A stretch of DNA of 55,936 bases from the NCBI GenBank assembly GCA_000934665.2, contig KZ538651.1, forward strand, positions 1 to 55,936, given 5' to 3'. How positions within the stretch are numbered: the stretch's first letter is position 1; each line of letters begins with the position of its first letter. Source of the DNA: Catajapyx aquilonaris. Taxonomy: Eukaryota. Below, in pieces: positions 12,036 to 24,700 of the stretch. Under the pieces are notes generated by a model that did not search any database, was not told the DNA's origin, and saw nothing but the letters and a program-made list of their open reading frames with translations. A program made the translations under genes and the position numbers.

Positions 12036-13667
12036 GGTTAGAATAACTGATATTGTTTAACCTAAATATGCCCAATTATATTTTATATTTTTAAATATTT
12101 TTTTTGTAATTAACAAATGAACTAACACAATACTATAAAATTTGTAATAGTTAAATTTAAATAATTAATTTTGATATTATCTTTAACGCACTTTGTAACC
12201 ATTTTGGCGGTAAAAAAACAGTACTAATAGTAGTGATCGATGTTAACTTCAGAACTTGGCGCCATCTCGAGGGAACAAGATATATCTTTGAGCTGATACA
12301 GTAGCGTTTGCCAAATTCCGGATGTAATAAATGGATTATGCCGATAGTTCAACGGGTGTAATTTTGCATCCACCAGACTCTCTATCTTACAAACCGGGTA
12401 TAAATCAAATGAAAATGTTCATGTACATTTAAGCCTGGATTAAACCTGAGACCTTCCGTGTCTGGTTGTGGTTTTGAGCTTTAGAGGAGACCTGTGCACC
12501 GGACCTTTAGGAATATTGGATGCTCCCAAAGTTGACCAATTGATGTTTGCGAGGGAGTCTTGGCTACTGTCCAGAAGCTGAACGATCGATACCATCATCC
12601 CGAGATTCACTCAAAAGTTTTTTAGTATGCATGAAATGGACATATGACATCTGGCAATTTTATGTGACGTAGATCCTTAATAAACAATTAACCAGCCAGC
12701 TATTAGACGGCTTCCTAGGTTTTACGGGTCCGTTAGAGGGAAGCACCTGTAAAAATAGTAAAAGATATCACCTTTTCCCATTAAAAGTTAATAGAGCCAC
12801 CATATGATTTTTGGCATTTTGGAGGAGATGAAAGAGCATCAGATGCGTCGTAAAACTAAAACCAGACTCTGTAAAATTTTACGGTAATAATGCTACTTTT
12901 AGTACATTTAATTGAATCTAGTAACTTTTGATGCCGTAACTATACGGTAAGTACTGTAGGACCTTAATTATTTGATGCTAATTTTTGAAAAATATTTCTG
13001 TGAGACTAAATCGATAATAACTGTACAAGTGTCCTACATATAGGACTCTAGGTTAGTTTAGTTGCCAATTTTTAATATTAAAAGTTCAAAGCAAGCTAAG
13101 TTCATAGTTTCATAAACATCTGTAACTTTAATACACATCAAAGCTAAATCAGGAATTTTGTGCAAAGGAGATTAAGAGGCTTTGTTGCCACACGAAAACG
13201 TTTGATGCTATCGAGATATTACAGTATTTACACATTTTTATCAGATTTACGTAGGAGAAACCTGCGAACTCATAGATCGTTAATGATCTTCAAAAAATTA
13301 CGTGGGAAGGTCTGGAAACTTTGGAGAAAAGCTTCTTTCTCTTTCAAGTTTGTTGAAGAGTTTTGTTACCGCCTTCTCATGTTTTCGACAGGTTATGGCG
13401 GGTCACAATGTTTTCTCATACTTATCGGAACCAATACCGCCTTCAGGAAATGGAAGTCAAACACTGGCGAAACTTTAAAGTATTTTGTTTACATCAGGTC
13501 CAAACTTGGAAGTCAAAATGGGCTACTCTTTCATATCGGGAGACCCCGCACTAGGCGTGTATCTGCTGAAAGATATTAGATCCGCTGAAGGGCAGGTTAG
13601 TACAGCGTGCTCCTACCCCTGCCACATTCGGTCTCCCGGACATTCGGTCAAACTGTGGTGCATCTGA

Positions 13668-14134
13668 CAAGGGAAGTGTAAGTGTTGTAAAATGCCGAAA
13701 ACTCGCCGATTTTCTTGAAATTCGGTACATTGGTAGGCCACCCCAAGGGATGAAAAACGTACCTAAAGTGACCTGCTCAAAATGATCCAGTGACCCCTTT
13801 TTGGGGGCTACCAATGCACCGAATTTCAAGAAAATCGGTGAGTTTTCGGCATTTAAGAGTTGACCTCTGCCCCCCAAAAATGGGTCACCGGGTCATTTTG
13901 AGTAGGTCACTTTGGGTGGGTTTTTCATCCCTTGGGGTGGCCTACCAATGGACCGAAATTCGAGAAAATCGGTAAGACATTGGAAAGTGTCCCTTGTGAG
14001 TTAAAAAGGTCATAACTTTTGACCTTGCGAGAATTCGCCTAAATTGTTTGCATTTTCATTAATAACTTACCTGCCTGTATTATTGTGCCAAGTTTCATTC
14101 AGAAACTCCACGGACAACACTTACACTTCCCTTG
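13668..14134. mobile_element. TIR element with nested internal inverted repeats
   Basis: Perfect 21-bp TIR CAAGGGAAGTGTAAGTGTTGT / ACAACACTTACACTTCCCTTG; TGA on both flanks; internal inverted arms at about 13706-13808 and 13870-13972. Confidence 0.8.
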
Positions 14135-14989
14135 TGACCAACATTGCACAAATTTAATGAACATAGTTATTAATTGCATAATAATAATATCATCAATGTA
14201 GATGTAAGTTAATTAGTGTCAAATTATTATAATTACAATTAATTATTAATATTGCCAATTCTGTATATGGGAAATTAATATTCACACATATAAAGTCCAC
14301 AATTTTCTTTTATTGAGCTAATATAACACAGTTGCTCCATATTGTTAATTGAACTGTAAATAGTAAGTGTCGATAGTAAATCACAGGGTGCGACAGTCGT
14401 TAGCCTGGTGTCGTAGCGGGGACTGAATCCGATCGGAATAGAGCAATCTATCTGAGGTCAGAAGGTGGGTGGGAGGATCCATCTCTTTAGACGAACGTGC
14501 AACGGAGGTGGGAAATTGAAAGGAATTCCCGTGGGAGGGGGAGGAGGAAAGGGGGAAAGAAGGGGGAGGTGGGGAGGAAATGGGAGCCAATTGCGATGGG
14601 GGACGACTTGCTTCCTGCCAACACCAGTGGAAAGAGAGATCTGTCGCCAAGAGAGGAGATACTCTAGCTAGGATAGATTCGGTTTTCGAAATCAGCGGTT
14701 ATGTCTTTCTATGGAGCTAGGTCGTTATTCTGATAAACCAGGCGATGAATAGTCATCGGGGGGTCTAATAGTGCGATAGGAACGATATATTGACCGGAAA
14801 CTTCTGGTGTATGGACGTTTATGTGTCATGTCCGTTGCTTGATAACTGACAGTCATTAGTAAGTAATCAAGTAATCACTGCTTTGCGGTGGGTAATAAAA
14901 ATTCCGATTCGTGTTACAAACGAACGACTGGACGATACAATCGATTGGCGTTTCCAGTATCAAGCACGCGTCAAGCACGCGTGTATATA

Positions 14990-15180
14990 AAGCCCCTAGA
15001 CGAGGATATCGGAGGAGGAGGGGGATGGAAACGATCTCCCACTTCCCGAAGTCGTAGATGGCTGGGAGTAGTTTCGTTCGAATTCTGACCACCTAATTAG
15101 TGTATCGAAAAATTCTCATAATCGCAGATTTCCTAGCCGCTTTCGAGATATGGCCAAAAAACGGGGTTTTCAAATTCCCC
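14990..15180 (+). repeat. Dispersed repeat (inverted diverged copy at about 29315-29497; subrepeat at about 15400-15500)
   Basis: AAAGCCC..GAGGATAT..CACTTCCCGA.GTCG..CTGGGAGTAGT..GTTCGAATT..CTCATAAT..AGCCG.TTTCGA.ATATG is shared. Confidence 0.65.
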
Positions 15181-16599
15181 CTGAGCCATATGGTCGTTAA
15201 GGCCGGAAGAGCTCTGGTCCACACACTCCCCTTCGCCCACTAACATCTGGTTCCACTTGCCATCCCAACCTGCGTCAGAGAGGGCACGTTCGGATACTCC
15301 TCATCGCTAGCGGCGACGTCACTGGTGGATGTTCTGTAACCGGATGGATTACGGCGGCATTACGGCCCCACCGCCGCGCCGAGCGTAGCGACTATGTGAA
15401 TAAAGCCCCTATCCGAGGATATAGTAGAAAAGATTTCGCACTTCCCGACGTCGCGTCGTAGAAGGCTGGGAGATGGCTCGTTGGAAAGCTCTCGCCGACT
15501 ATTACGAATACCCTCCGCCGAGCGCAGCGAGTCTTCAGAAAAAACCGGTTGTTTGTCGCCTAAAAAATTTTATTCGTAAAACGAACGGATGGAAGATAGT
15601 ATCGAAATGAAGCCAGCAAGAATGTATGACATTAGTATTGACGTTTCTTCAGATAAAACCGGCCGTTTGTCACCCACCAACCTGCCCAAAGACCCAGCGC
15701 AATATTAAGCATCGCAATCACCATCAGCCAGCTGATAGTATCGACTTTACAATTCAATCCCCGTAAAGCCGAGGAAATCCACTCCCGGCCACAGTATTTA
15801 AAACCCAGCACAGGGACAGGGTTTTTCCAGACAGGATATCCGGCTACAGGCAACAGCAAAATAGCTGTGTATAGGATCACTCAGCATGGAGCCCAGCTCG
15901 TTATCGTTTCCGACGATGGCGGTTGTGGGGGTTAGCGGCAACGGGAGAGAAGCCCGCAAAACGGCGGGAAAAACATGTCGATTCGATCCGGTTCGCTGGA
16001 GATTCTGGTTACGCTCACAGACTTTGGGAGTCCAATGCTGTGTTGCAAAGATCGTGAGGATTATGTGAGGGGAAACGTGGAGTCATCTGTCATGATGATG
16101 GTATCGATTTATTCTAATAGAACGTGATGGGCTGCGTGGCTTGGAGATGGGATGGCTGGAGGGTGATGGAGAGTGACGTTTATGTGAAATATTCAATAAA
16201 TTGTTTGCGAATAAAATCATATTTAAAAAATAGCCTTTATGTAGCAGGTAAAGTTTGTAGGTTCGTCCAGGCTACCTGACTCACTTTCAGACTACATAGA
16301 GGACTGATTGAGGAAAAAGGCCGACAGACACTCTTTTAGGCCTTAACCCGGGCCTAAACTGCCAAAATTTAGCAGTTTTGAGTTTGGGGTTTCAGTATAT
16401 GCCACTGGGTGGCGTTGGCGACCAGTTCGGATGAAAGGAGGTTCCTGCCGCACTCAACAGATGGCGTAGCCATGCACTATCTCTCCTCGCGGTTAATATA
16501 ACTAACTAAATAGCTAACTAACTCACTAACTAAATCAATCAATAAATCAATATATCAATAATTAATCGCTTAATTAACTAAACTAATTAAAAGTGAGGG

Positions 16600-16845
16600 G
16601 AGGAATGGTGGTCTGGTGGTTACGCTTTTTCTGGTGGTTTTTGACTGGTGGTCCGCTTTTTCACCCGACATGCCAGGGCAGTATTGCACTCCCTACTCTG
16701 CCCAGGGCCAGGAGAAAATGTCTGGTGTATGTCAGAAAGTCAGAAATGAGTATAATTATATCGCCCTCCCTCGGGAACCTCCCCTTCCCCCCCAAAAGGG
16801 CTCCTCCCTATCACGGGGTGAAAAAATGAAAAAAAAGAAGAAAAT
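16600..16845 (+). mobile_element. SINE family C (head degraded)
   Basis: Collinear with the reverse complement of 36335-36608 and with a fragment at 18378-18475; A-rich tail runs into a GAAT minisatellite. Confidence 0.72.
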
Positions 16846-17645
16846 GAATGAATGAATGAATAATTGAATTAGAGAATGAATGAATAACTGAATGAATAAT
16901 TGAATTAGAGAATGAATGAATAACTGAATGAATAATTGAATTAGAGAATGAATGAATAACTGAATGAATAATTGAATTAGATAATGAATGAATAACTGAA
17001 TGAATAATTGAATTAGATAATGAATGAAAGAATGAATAATTGAATGAATAATTGAATTAGAGAATGAATGAAAGAATGAATAACTGAATGAATAATTGAA
17101 TTAGAGAATGAATGAAAGAATGAATAACTGAAGGAATAACTGAATTAGGGAATGAATGAAAGAATGAATAACTGAAGGAATAACTGAATTAGGGAATGAA
17201 TGAAAGAATGAATAACTGAAGGAATAACTGAATTAGGGAATGAATGAAAGAATGAATGACTAAATGAATAAATGGTTAAGGAACTAAATAACTAAATGAA
17301 TAAATGGTTAAGGAACTAAATAACTAAATGAATAAATGGTTAAGGAACTAAATAACTAAATGAATAAATGGTTAAGTAACTAAATAACTAAATGAATAAA
17401 TGGTTAAGTAACTAAATGAATAAATGGTTAAGTAACTAAATAACTAAATGAATAAATGGTTAAATAACTAAATGAATAAATGATTAAATAACTAAATGAA
17501 TAAATGGTTAAGTAACTAAATAACTAAATGAATAAATGGTTAAGTAACTAAATAACTAAATGAATAAATGGTTAAGTAACTAAATAACTAAATGAATAAA
17601 TTGTTAAATAACTAAATAACTAAATGAATGAGTGAATGAATGAAT
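16845..17645 (+). repeat. Compound minisatellite derived from GAAT/TAAA
   Basis: Higher-order units GAATGAATGAATAACTGAATGAATAATTGAATTAGA, then AACTAAATGAATAAATGGTTAAG. Confidence 0.92.
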
Positions 17646-18582
17646 ATATTTTTGTACCACCAATAGTTTTTTTCGACTATTTTAACATAAATTTCGAATT
17701 TAACGGCACATACGTACTCGTACATATACGTATACATATACATATACGTACTCGTACCTTAACACATGAGCACACATTGCACTGTAACACTTGTCTGCAC
17801 AAAGACTAATAACAGAACACTCTTTGTACCTGATCTCTGGAGCGTGTGTCCACAGTGCGTTAGGAATTTCCCATTTTCTACGAATTTCCGCATCACCTAC
17901 GCAAGATGACAGGGAACCTATTTCGTAACCTCCGTATTAGAAAGGAGTCGATTAAAATTAGCTTCAAAACCCGTTCTACTTGGAAGCAACGTGTAATTGA
18001 ATGAGATCAAGTGTCAAGAGTATGTGAGACGCATGACAGTCCTCATGGATTAAAAGAACTTGTCGAAATTCCCTTACATTCTGTAAGCGGGTTAGAGCAA
18101 ATTATATGGAGAGGTCTACTTGACTCGTGCACACACATACTCACCTATGAACTTTTGATCAAATTAGGGCCAATGCATGCTCTTTCATTTACAGGCTCCC
18201 GAAGAGTTTACGGTGCAGTGATTGGGACATGAATTATTAAAAATTTGTTCAAAGTTGGACCCAGCTTTGGTGGCGTTATTAAAACCATGCATAAGTGATT
18301 ATGTGTCAGGTACTCGATATATGCCACTTGTTGAGTAAGGACATAGGCCATCCTGCACTATAATGCCTTCAACACTTTCCGCTTTTCACCCGACATGCTG
18401 GGGCAGAATTGCACTCCCTACTCTGCCTAGGGCCAGGAGAAAAGGTCTGGTGTATTTCAGAAAGTCAGAAATGACTAATTACAGCGCCACTACTACAGCT
18501 ATTGCAAGTGCAAAGTGTCAACATTTAACAAATTGTTAATTCGTTTAATAATTTTAATTTAATTGTTTTTTAAATTTTCCAG

Positions 18583-18743
18583 ATGAGAGCGAGCAGAAAG
18601 GATACGACAAACGCTCAGTGGACGAGCAGCGACTTTTGCACTACCTCATGCGCGGGTACGAAAAAGACGTGCGTCCAGTGCGCAACGCGTCACATCCAAT
18701 CATCGTCCGAGTTGGAACCACCCTCACACAAATCTTCGACATG
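18583..18743 (+). CDS. nAChR coding exon (N-terminal helix, ..DKRSVDEQRLLHYLMRGYEKDVRPV..QIFDM)
   Basis: T-rich tract + TTCCAG acceptor (AG 18581-82), phase-1 start; donor ATG|GTACGT at 18744; matches the typical EQRLL..Y...RPV start of mature nAChR subunits. Confidence 0.93.
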
Positions 18744-21700
18744 GTACGTCCCATTTTCGGCATTTTTTTTTTTTTTTTTTGGGGGGGGGGGTTTGAAAAG
18801 ATAAGTATGATTTACTGAAGTCGCTTCCATACATATAACTCCATGATATATCGTCGGATGTGCATCTAATTACTTCCTGAACCTGAAATATGAGGATGAC
18901 TTTTCCTAGAGAAAAAAAATGCTGTTATCGTATATTCTGCAAATGGTAGTTATTTAGATTTTTTTTCAGAAGCCAACTTTTGAGTTAATGAGCATCAGAG
19001 AGGTGATTAATTATCCGCATGATTTATGACCAGGAGTGACTTCCAAAGACGTCTTGGTTTCCCTTGCAAGATTCATGTGACGGGATAGGAACATAATAGC
19101 CAGACTCTGGAGTCGATTAAGACTAATTGGGGTATCAGGCACTAATCATTCCGCAATGTAATGAAGGCGGTGATGCCACCTGTTTATGATGTGGATATTA
19201 TCTTGTCATATTGAGTACCTTAGTACAAAAAGTGTAATCGATATAAATAGTAATGTTTAAAAAGACTTTTAAAATGGTTTAATTGTTAAATTTCTTTAAT
19301 TATATATTTTACTCTAATGGGAACTTCTTGCTGTGAGTTCAGGTGTTACTAAACATTATTTTTTAAAATTTTTAAATACAGTTCCGTATTACATCAAATG
19401 TAGAAGATAAAATGTGGCTTAATTATTATTTACAGTATGTGATTTTTAAATTATGGTTATATTCGACGACTCTGCTTACCGAGGTATGACTGGCCTCCTC
19501 AGATGATGTAATGAAAGAAACATGCTGTTCTTGGACTCTTTACAACCAAAACACCCGAGCAACGCCGGGTTACCTACTAGTAATTAATTAATTAATTAAT
19601 TTATTTATTTATTTATTAACAGCAGTAATGAATGAATTAATAAACGAATAACTAACTATCTGACTGCCTGATTGAATGAAGGAAGGAAGGAAGTATAAAA
19701 TTATTTAATTAACAAATAAAACCGAATCAGGTTGGTGCAGGGATTAAAGAGCCAGACTGCTAATCGGGAGGTCCTGGGTCCGATTCCCGGGGTCGGCGAT
19801 CCTGACCATGCTTTTCTGTGGTTTCCCACGCTCCCCCGAGGATAATTCCGGGATTGCTTCCGTAAATAGGCCACAGCCGCTTCCTTTCTTCCCGGTCCTT
19901 GGCCCCATCCAATGGTGGTATTCCACCCCCCCTAATTGAGCGCCGATTCTCCCAATATGATGGGGGTATAACAAAAACAAAATAAATAAATAAGTAAGTG
20001 AATGAATGAATGATAGAATTAATTAACAAATGAGCAAATAAATGAACAAATCATCATTGTCTTCTTCTTCACGGCGTTTCCCAAGCAGATATGGGGTAGC
20101 CAGCGGATATTGATGAGTAGGTGCTTAATATCCTCGTATGAAATCTTCGTAAATGAACAAATAATATATTTAATTAATTAATTAATTAACCAATGACAAA
20201 CTGACTGAATTACTGAATGAATGCTATAATTAATTAACAAATAAGTAAGTAAAAAAGTATCAAACCCGTGGACTTTCAATTGTGTCCATCATGATTCTTG
20301 GAATTTATGGCCTCCAATCATATAAGGCGATATAGGGTTAACTTGTGTCAACCAGCAATTTCTGTAGATACCTCTAGAGGCTTGTTCCACCCTATACAAC
20401 TGCCCACTCTAAAAGTGGGCAAAATGCCCCAGAACTAAACTGCTTTTGGACCACAGTTTCGATACAAACCCCCCTCCTGAGATCATTTTTTATCCTCTCT
20501 TCTCTATTTCGATCCACATAGATCCTGCTGAGCTAGAGAGTTCCACCCAAACTACGCAAAAAAGTAGAACCCAAGGAGATAGGTCGACAGGGGAAAATTA
20601 ATGGAACTCGATCCCGTATTAATCCGGTGGCTCAACCAGTCGGATGTAGCTACAAACGCTTAGGAAATTGGGAAATGCAATTTCCTTTACTTTCGCAATT
20701 GTTTGTCCGCACGTGCCTGGCAGGTTGACTACCCGTGGAAGTAATGAGGTTTATTTTTTTAGTAGAACCTAGTTAGGTTTCATGGTGGGTTGGTTTTAAT
20801 CCTAGATCGATTGGTCAAGGGGTTGGGAATTTGGTGGGTTAATTTAAGAGATGGATCTCCCTTAGCGCCCATGGAATTGATTTTGGGAGATGCGCAAACC
20901 CGGTTGTTTGAGGGTCGGTGATAAGTGTTTGCGTGGAAATATTGGGATGGGAATTAAAAGCGGGTGAGATGAATGCTGAAAATGAATGTGTCGTAATGGA
21001 CAGTGTGACACCAATATTGGTCAAAAGTCATATAAATGGAGAAACACCGTAACTCCAAAACCAGTAAGGGCGAAGGTCGCGTGCATGTACTGCACTAATC
21101 CCCCCTGACTCGATGCAGGAGATGCATGCAACTTTCGCCCTTACTAGTTTTGAACTTATGGTGTTTTTCCGGGGTCTCGGATTTTTCGCCCCCGGCATAT
21201 TGGCCCCCGTGACAATTTCGCCCCCGGCGTATTTCTTAAGGCCCATTCTCACAGGCCGTCGATGGTTTTGGTTTTGGACCAATCAGAGTGGGCCCTCACG
21301 GTAACCATGACGCGTTGTTTACGTGAGGGCCCGTTCTGATTGGTCCGTGGCGTCGACGAGACCAGAAACCAAAACCGTCGACGGCCTGTGTGAATGGGCC
21401 TTTATGTTCGGAACTTCCGTTGCCAGGGGACAAGAAATTAGCTTTGTTGGCATTGGGTGAAATGGTCACGGGGGCCAATATGCCGGGGGCGAAAAGTCCG
21501 GATCCCGTTTTTCATTGGGAGGGCAGAATAGTAGATAAAAAATAATTTAATGCTGATTTTAAAAACTGACAAGTGCACTAAAACCCATTTTTTTCTGGAT
21601 TTCAGGACGAAAAGAACCAAGTCTTGACAACCAACGTATGGCTGGACCAGGTACGTTAATACTCCTAGTCGCCAATGTTGAAATGGTCATTCCAGAAGCT

Positions 21701-24700
21701 GTGATTCGAACGGATTTAACACCAGATCCGGTCGGAAATCGTATCTTGAAAATGCGGCCCCTAGATATTTAGAATTTGGGACAGGAAGTTAATTCCGCAT
21801 CCATTTGAGAGAACCCCCACAGTGGGGAAATGGCAGATAGATGTCAGGAGATAGTTTCAATTTGCTAAAGTCCGAGGGAAATTCTGGACCTCCCAAAGCA
21901 CTCCATGGACTTTACTTTTGGGAGTTTGAGTACAGGCCTGCAGCAAGTCCAGTGAGAATTCAGAACTGGAAAAGTATAGGGTATGCCCAAAATCCACAAC
22001 ATGTAGCTAAAAGTGGTTACAAACATTATGTAAATATGTGTACTAATTTTCAAAAGAGTACCGAATATTAGGTTTTGTTGTGGACAAATTGTAACAAAGG
22101 ATGCTGTTTATTAGCTGCCCCATTAATGTTGGAATTTCATTAGAGCAACTACGTGCGACACTGTTTCGATGAAAAACATCCGGAGCCGTACCCTCCAGAT
22201 GTGGTTCCACTTAAGTCGTACTTTAGGGTATAATGCTAGGATCGTATGGTAACGTCGTTTCCTCCAGAACAATGCACACCTTCACCAAGGCTTTTCATCC
22301 CTCCCATTGAAGTCGTAGGAATTAAATTAATTCCTGGGACTAACCCCCGCGAGAGAGGAACAAACACAACCAGTTTAGGGTTTGCGGTCGTTGAAAGTTG
22401 TTTAGTCCATAGGCTTCCTTCCACTTGTTGCCAGAACCCAGAAGAGCATGTTGCTCATGACGAGAATGAGCACTGGGAGGTTAAATAATCAAGACATAAA
22501 AGGGAAGGAGGAGTCAGGGAGAGATAACAATTGCCAGACCTTAGAAAGGCGTGGAGAAATATTTTGTGTTGGCAACACTGCGGTTTAAGGAGGCAGCCAT
22601 CTTATCTACTGGTTCCAACTGGTCTACAGTTACCTCAGGAAGTTCATGTTATAGTCTGTACTCTGTAGAAACAGAAGGCACAAGTAGCACATTTTCATAT
22701 TTGCTAAAACACGACTTAAACCATGACGTATGTCTTACCTTATCTACAACCAGAGGGAATGTTTATTATTCTGGAGGCTGACTGAAACAGTCACTGTTTA
22801 GCATGGTCAAATATGGCGGAATGTGACCGTTAACGGTCATATGGGGAGGTGGAGAATATTTCCGTTAAAATTCCGCCATATTTGATAGAGATATAGTGAG
22901 AAACTGGGTGGCCATGTGGGGTGGGGAGGCAAATATGGCGGAATGTGACCGTTAACGGTCATGTGGGGAGGTGGAGAATATCTCCGTTAAAATTCCGCCA
23001 TATTTGATAGAGATATAGTGAGAAACTGGATGGTCATGTGGGGTGCCCTCAAATATGGCGAAATGTGACCGTTAACGGTCATGTGAGGGGAGGAGATATT
23101 TCCGTTAACATTCTGCCATATTTGGGGCCAACCCACATGGCCATTAGTTTCTCACTACATCTCTTCTCTAGTTGTAAATTCCAGAGGGCAATTTGCATTT
23201 AGGGTAGTAGTGACATAAGTTGATCCGGACGGGGAAAAGATGTGGCTTGTTTGGGAATGTTCCTATTCCGGAGATGAGAGTTGGGAACGGGAGGAAATAA
23301 GGTTCTCTGGCGCTCATTTGACATGGTGACCACCAGTCTATCTTCCAGAGTTTAGGGAAGGGGGACAGGGGGGCTGCGCATAAATTTTCTAGAAGCAGAA
23401 TTTCCTCGTGCTTTAAACTGGTGTAAGTTGAGGGAGACCAAGGAGGATCGATAATTCTACACCCCTCCAAGGGTTCAGATGTGACCGTAAAAAAAACCAT
23501 GCTTAGCATATGCACATCTGGTAAGTAAAAAAAGTTTGTAAAAAAGTCAGAAGATGAAAGAGAAACATGGCCTGCTTAATTAGTCAGAAGCCATTTGCAT
23601 TATAAAGGGCATACAGTCTGATTGGCTCCAAGAGTATTTTAATGAGGCGTGTTTCAACTCATTTATCCTGGAAGTCAGCTTCCCTGCGGCTGATATGTAG
23701 TTCAGAATAGTCCAGTTTTAAAACCAGTTCTAACTGCTCCAAGGTGTGATTTTAGCTGGAAACTTGTGACTTGTTCTACTAGAAAGCAGACCTTGCCAGA
23801 GGAAACTAGTCTTCTGTACAAATGGTGATGAAGTGATTCCCTGAGGACATTCCCTTGGGAAAGTGGCCTAAAGTTTCTATACGCTCGAGTAAAGGACGAG
23901 AACCAGACCTAGTTTGAGTATTGTTATATCTATAGTCTGTCTGGACCCTAAGGTCATTCAAAGTTCGTAGTATTTCGACCGTTATGATTATTGCTGTGGG
24001 TTGCAAATCAGTACATAACTCTAGAGAATTTAAGGTAATGTCTAATTTAGCTATTCCAAATTCAGAGTGTTTATGTAAAGGAGTGTATGAAATATTCAGT
24101 AAGCTGTCACACCCTGGCAGTGTGTACACCTGGGAAAAACTGTGAATCTTGCATATGTAAGCATTGTTGTGAGAAAAAGAATTTTGCTGCAGTTTGTAAC
24201 CTTGGCATTAACAACTTCTTCTTTAAAGCTACACACCGCTTATTGCCTTCAATTTGGACACATTCTTGAAAAATGCCTTTAATTATAGGGATAAGTTTGT
24301 TCAATGGGAAAAAGAAGCCAAGAGGAAGGAATGGTAATGAGACGCCAAACTAGTGATGCTTGGAAAACCTTATCTTAGAATTCTTTTGAAAATGCTTGCT
24401 ATGAAGCCTTATGAGGATCCATATTATGGGGTGGGAGTAGGGGGATGGAGGAGGAAAAAAAAGGGATGTGAACCTTCGTCCCTAGCTTTCCTTGTCTTAT
24501 TCTACTCGGAAATTGAAATTCCTGATGCGCAGTTAGGTTACAATTGAGTTTTTTCTCCTTTCTTTTGTTCTCTTGGCTGCGTTTTATTTCACGGTGTCTT
24601 CTGTCCTAGAGAATTCTGAGAGTGACATTGTGTTCACGGTGTACTGTCCTGTATGCCAATAAAGGTACCCTTCATTGGGTTGCATCATGCCAGGATGAAT

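Noticed and set aside
16593..16855. Trp/Phe-rich ORFs upstream of the first visible exon
   Set aside because: The sequence is a SINE family C copy repeated elsewhere in the window.
23806..24304. Minus-strand ORFs possibly from a decayed element
   Set aside because: No recognisable domain by eye, so no call can be supported.
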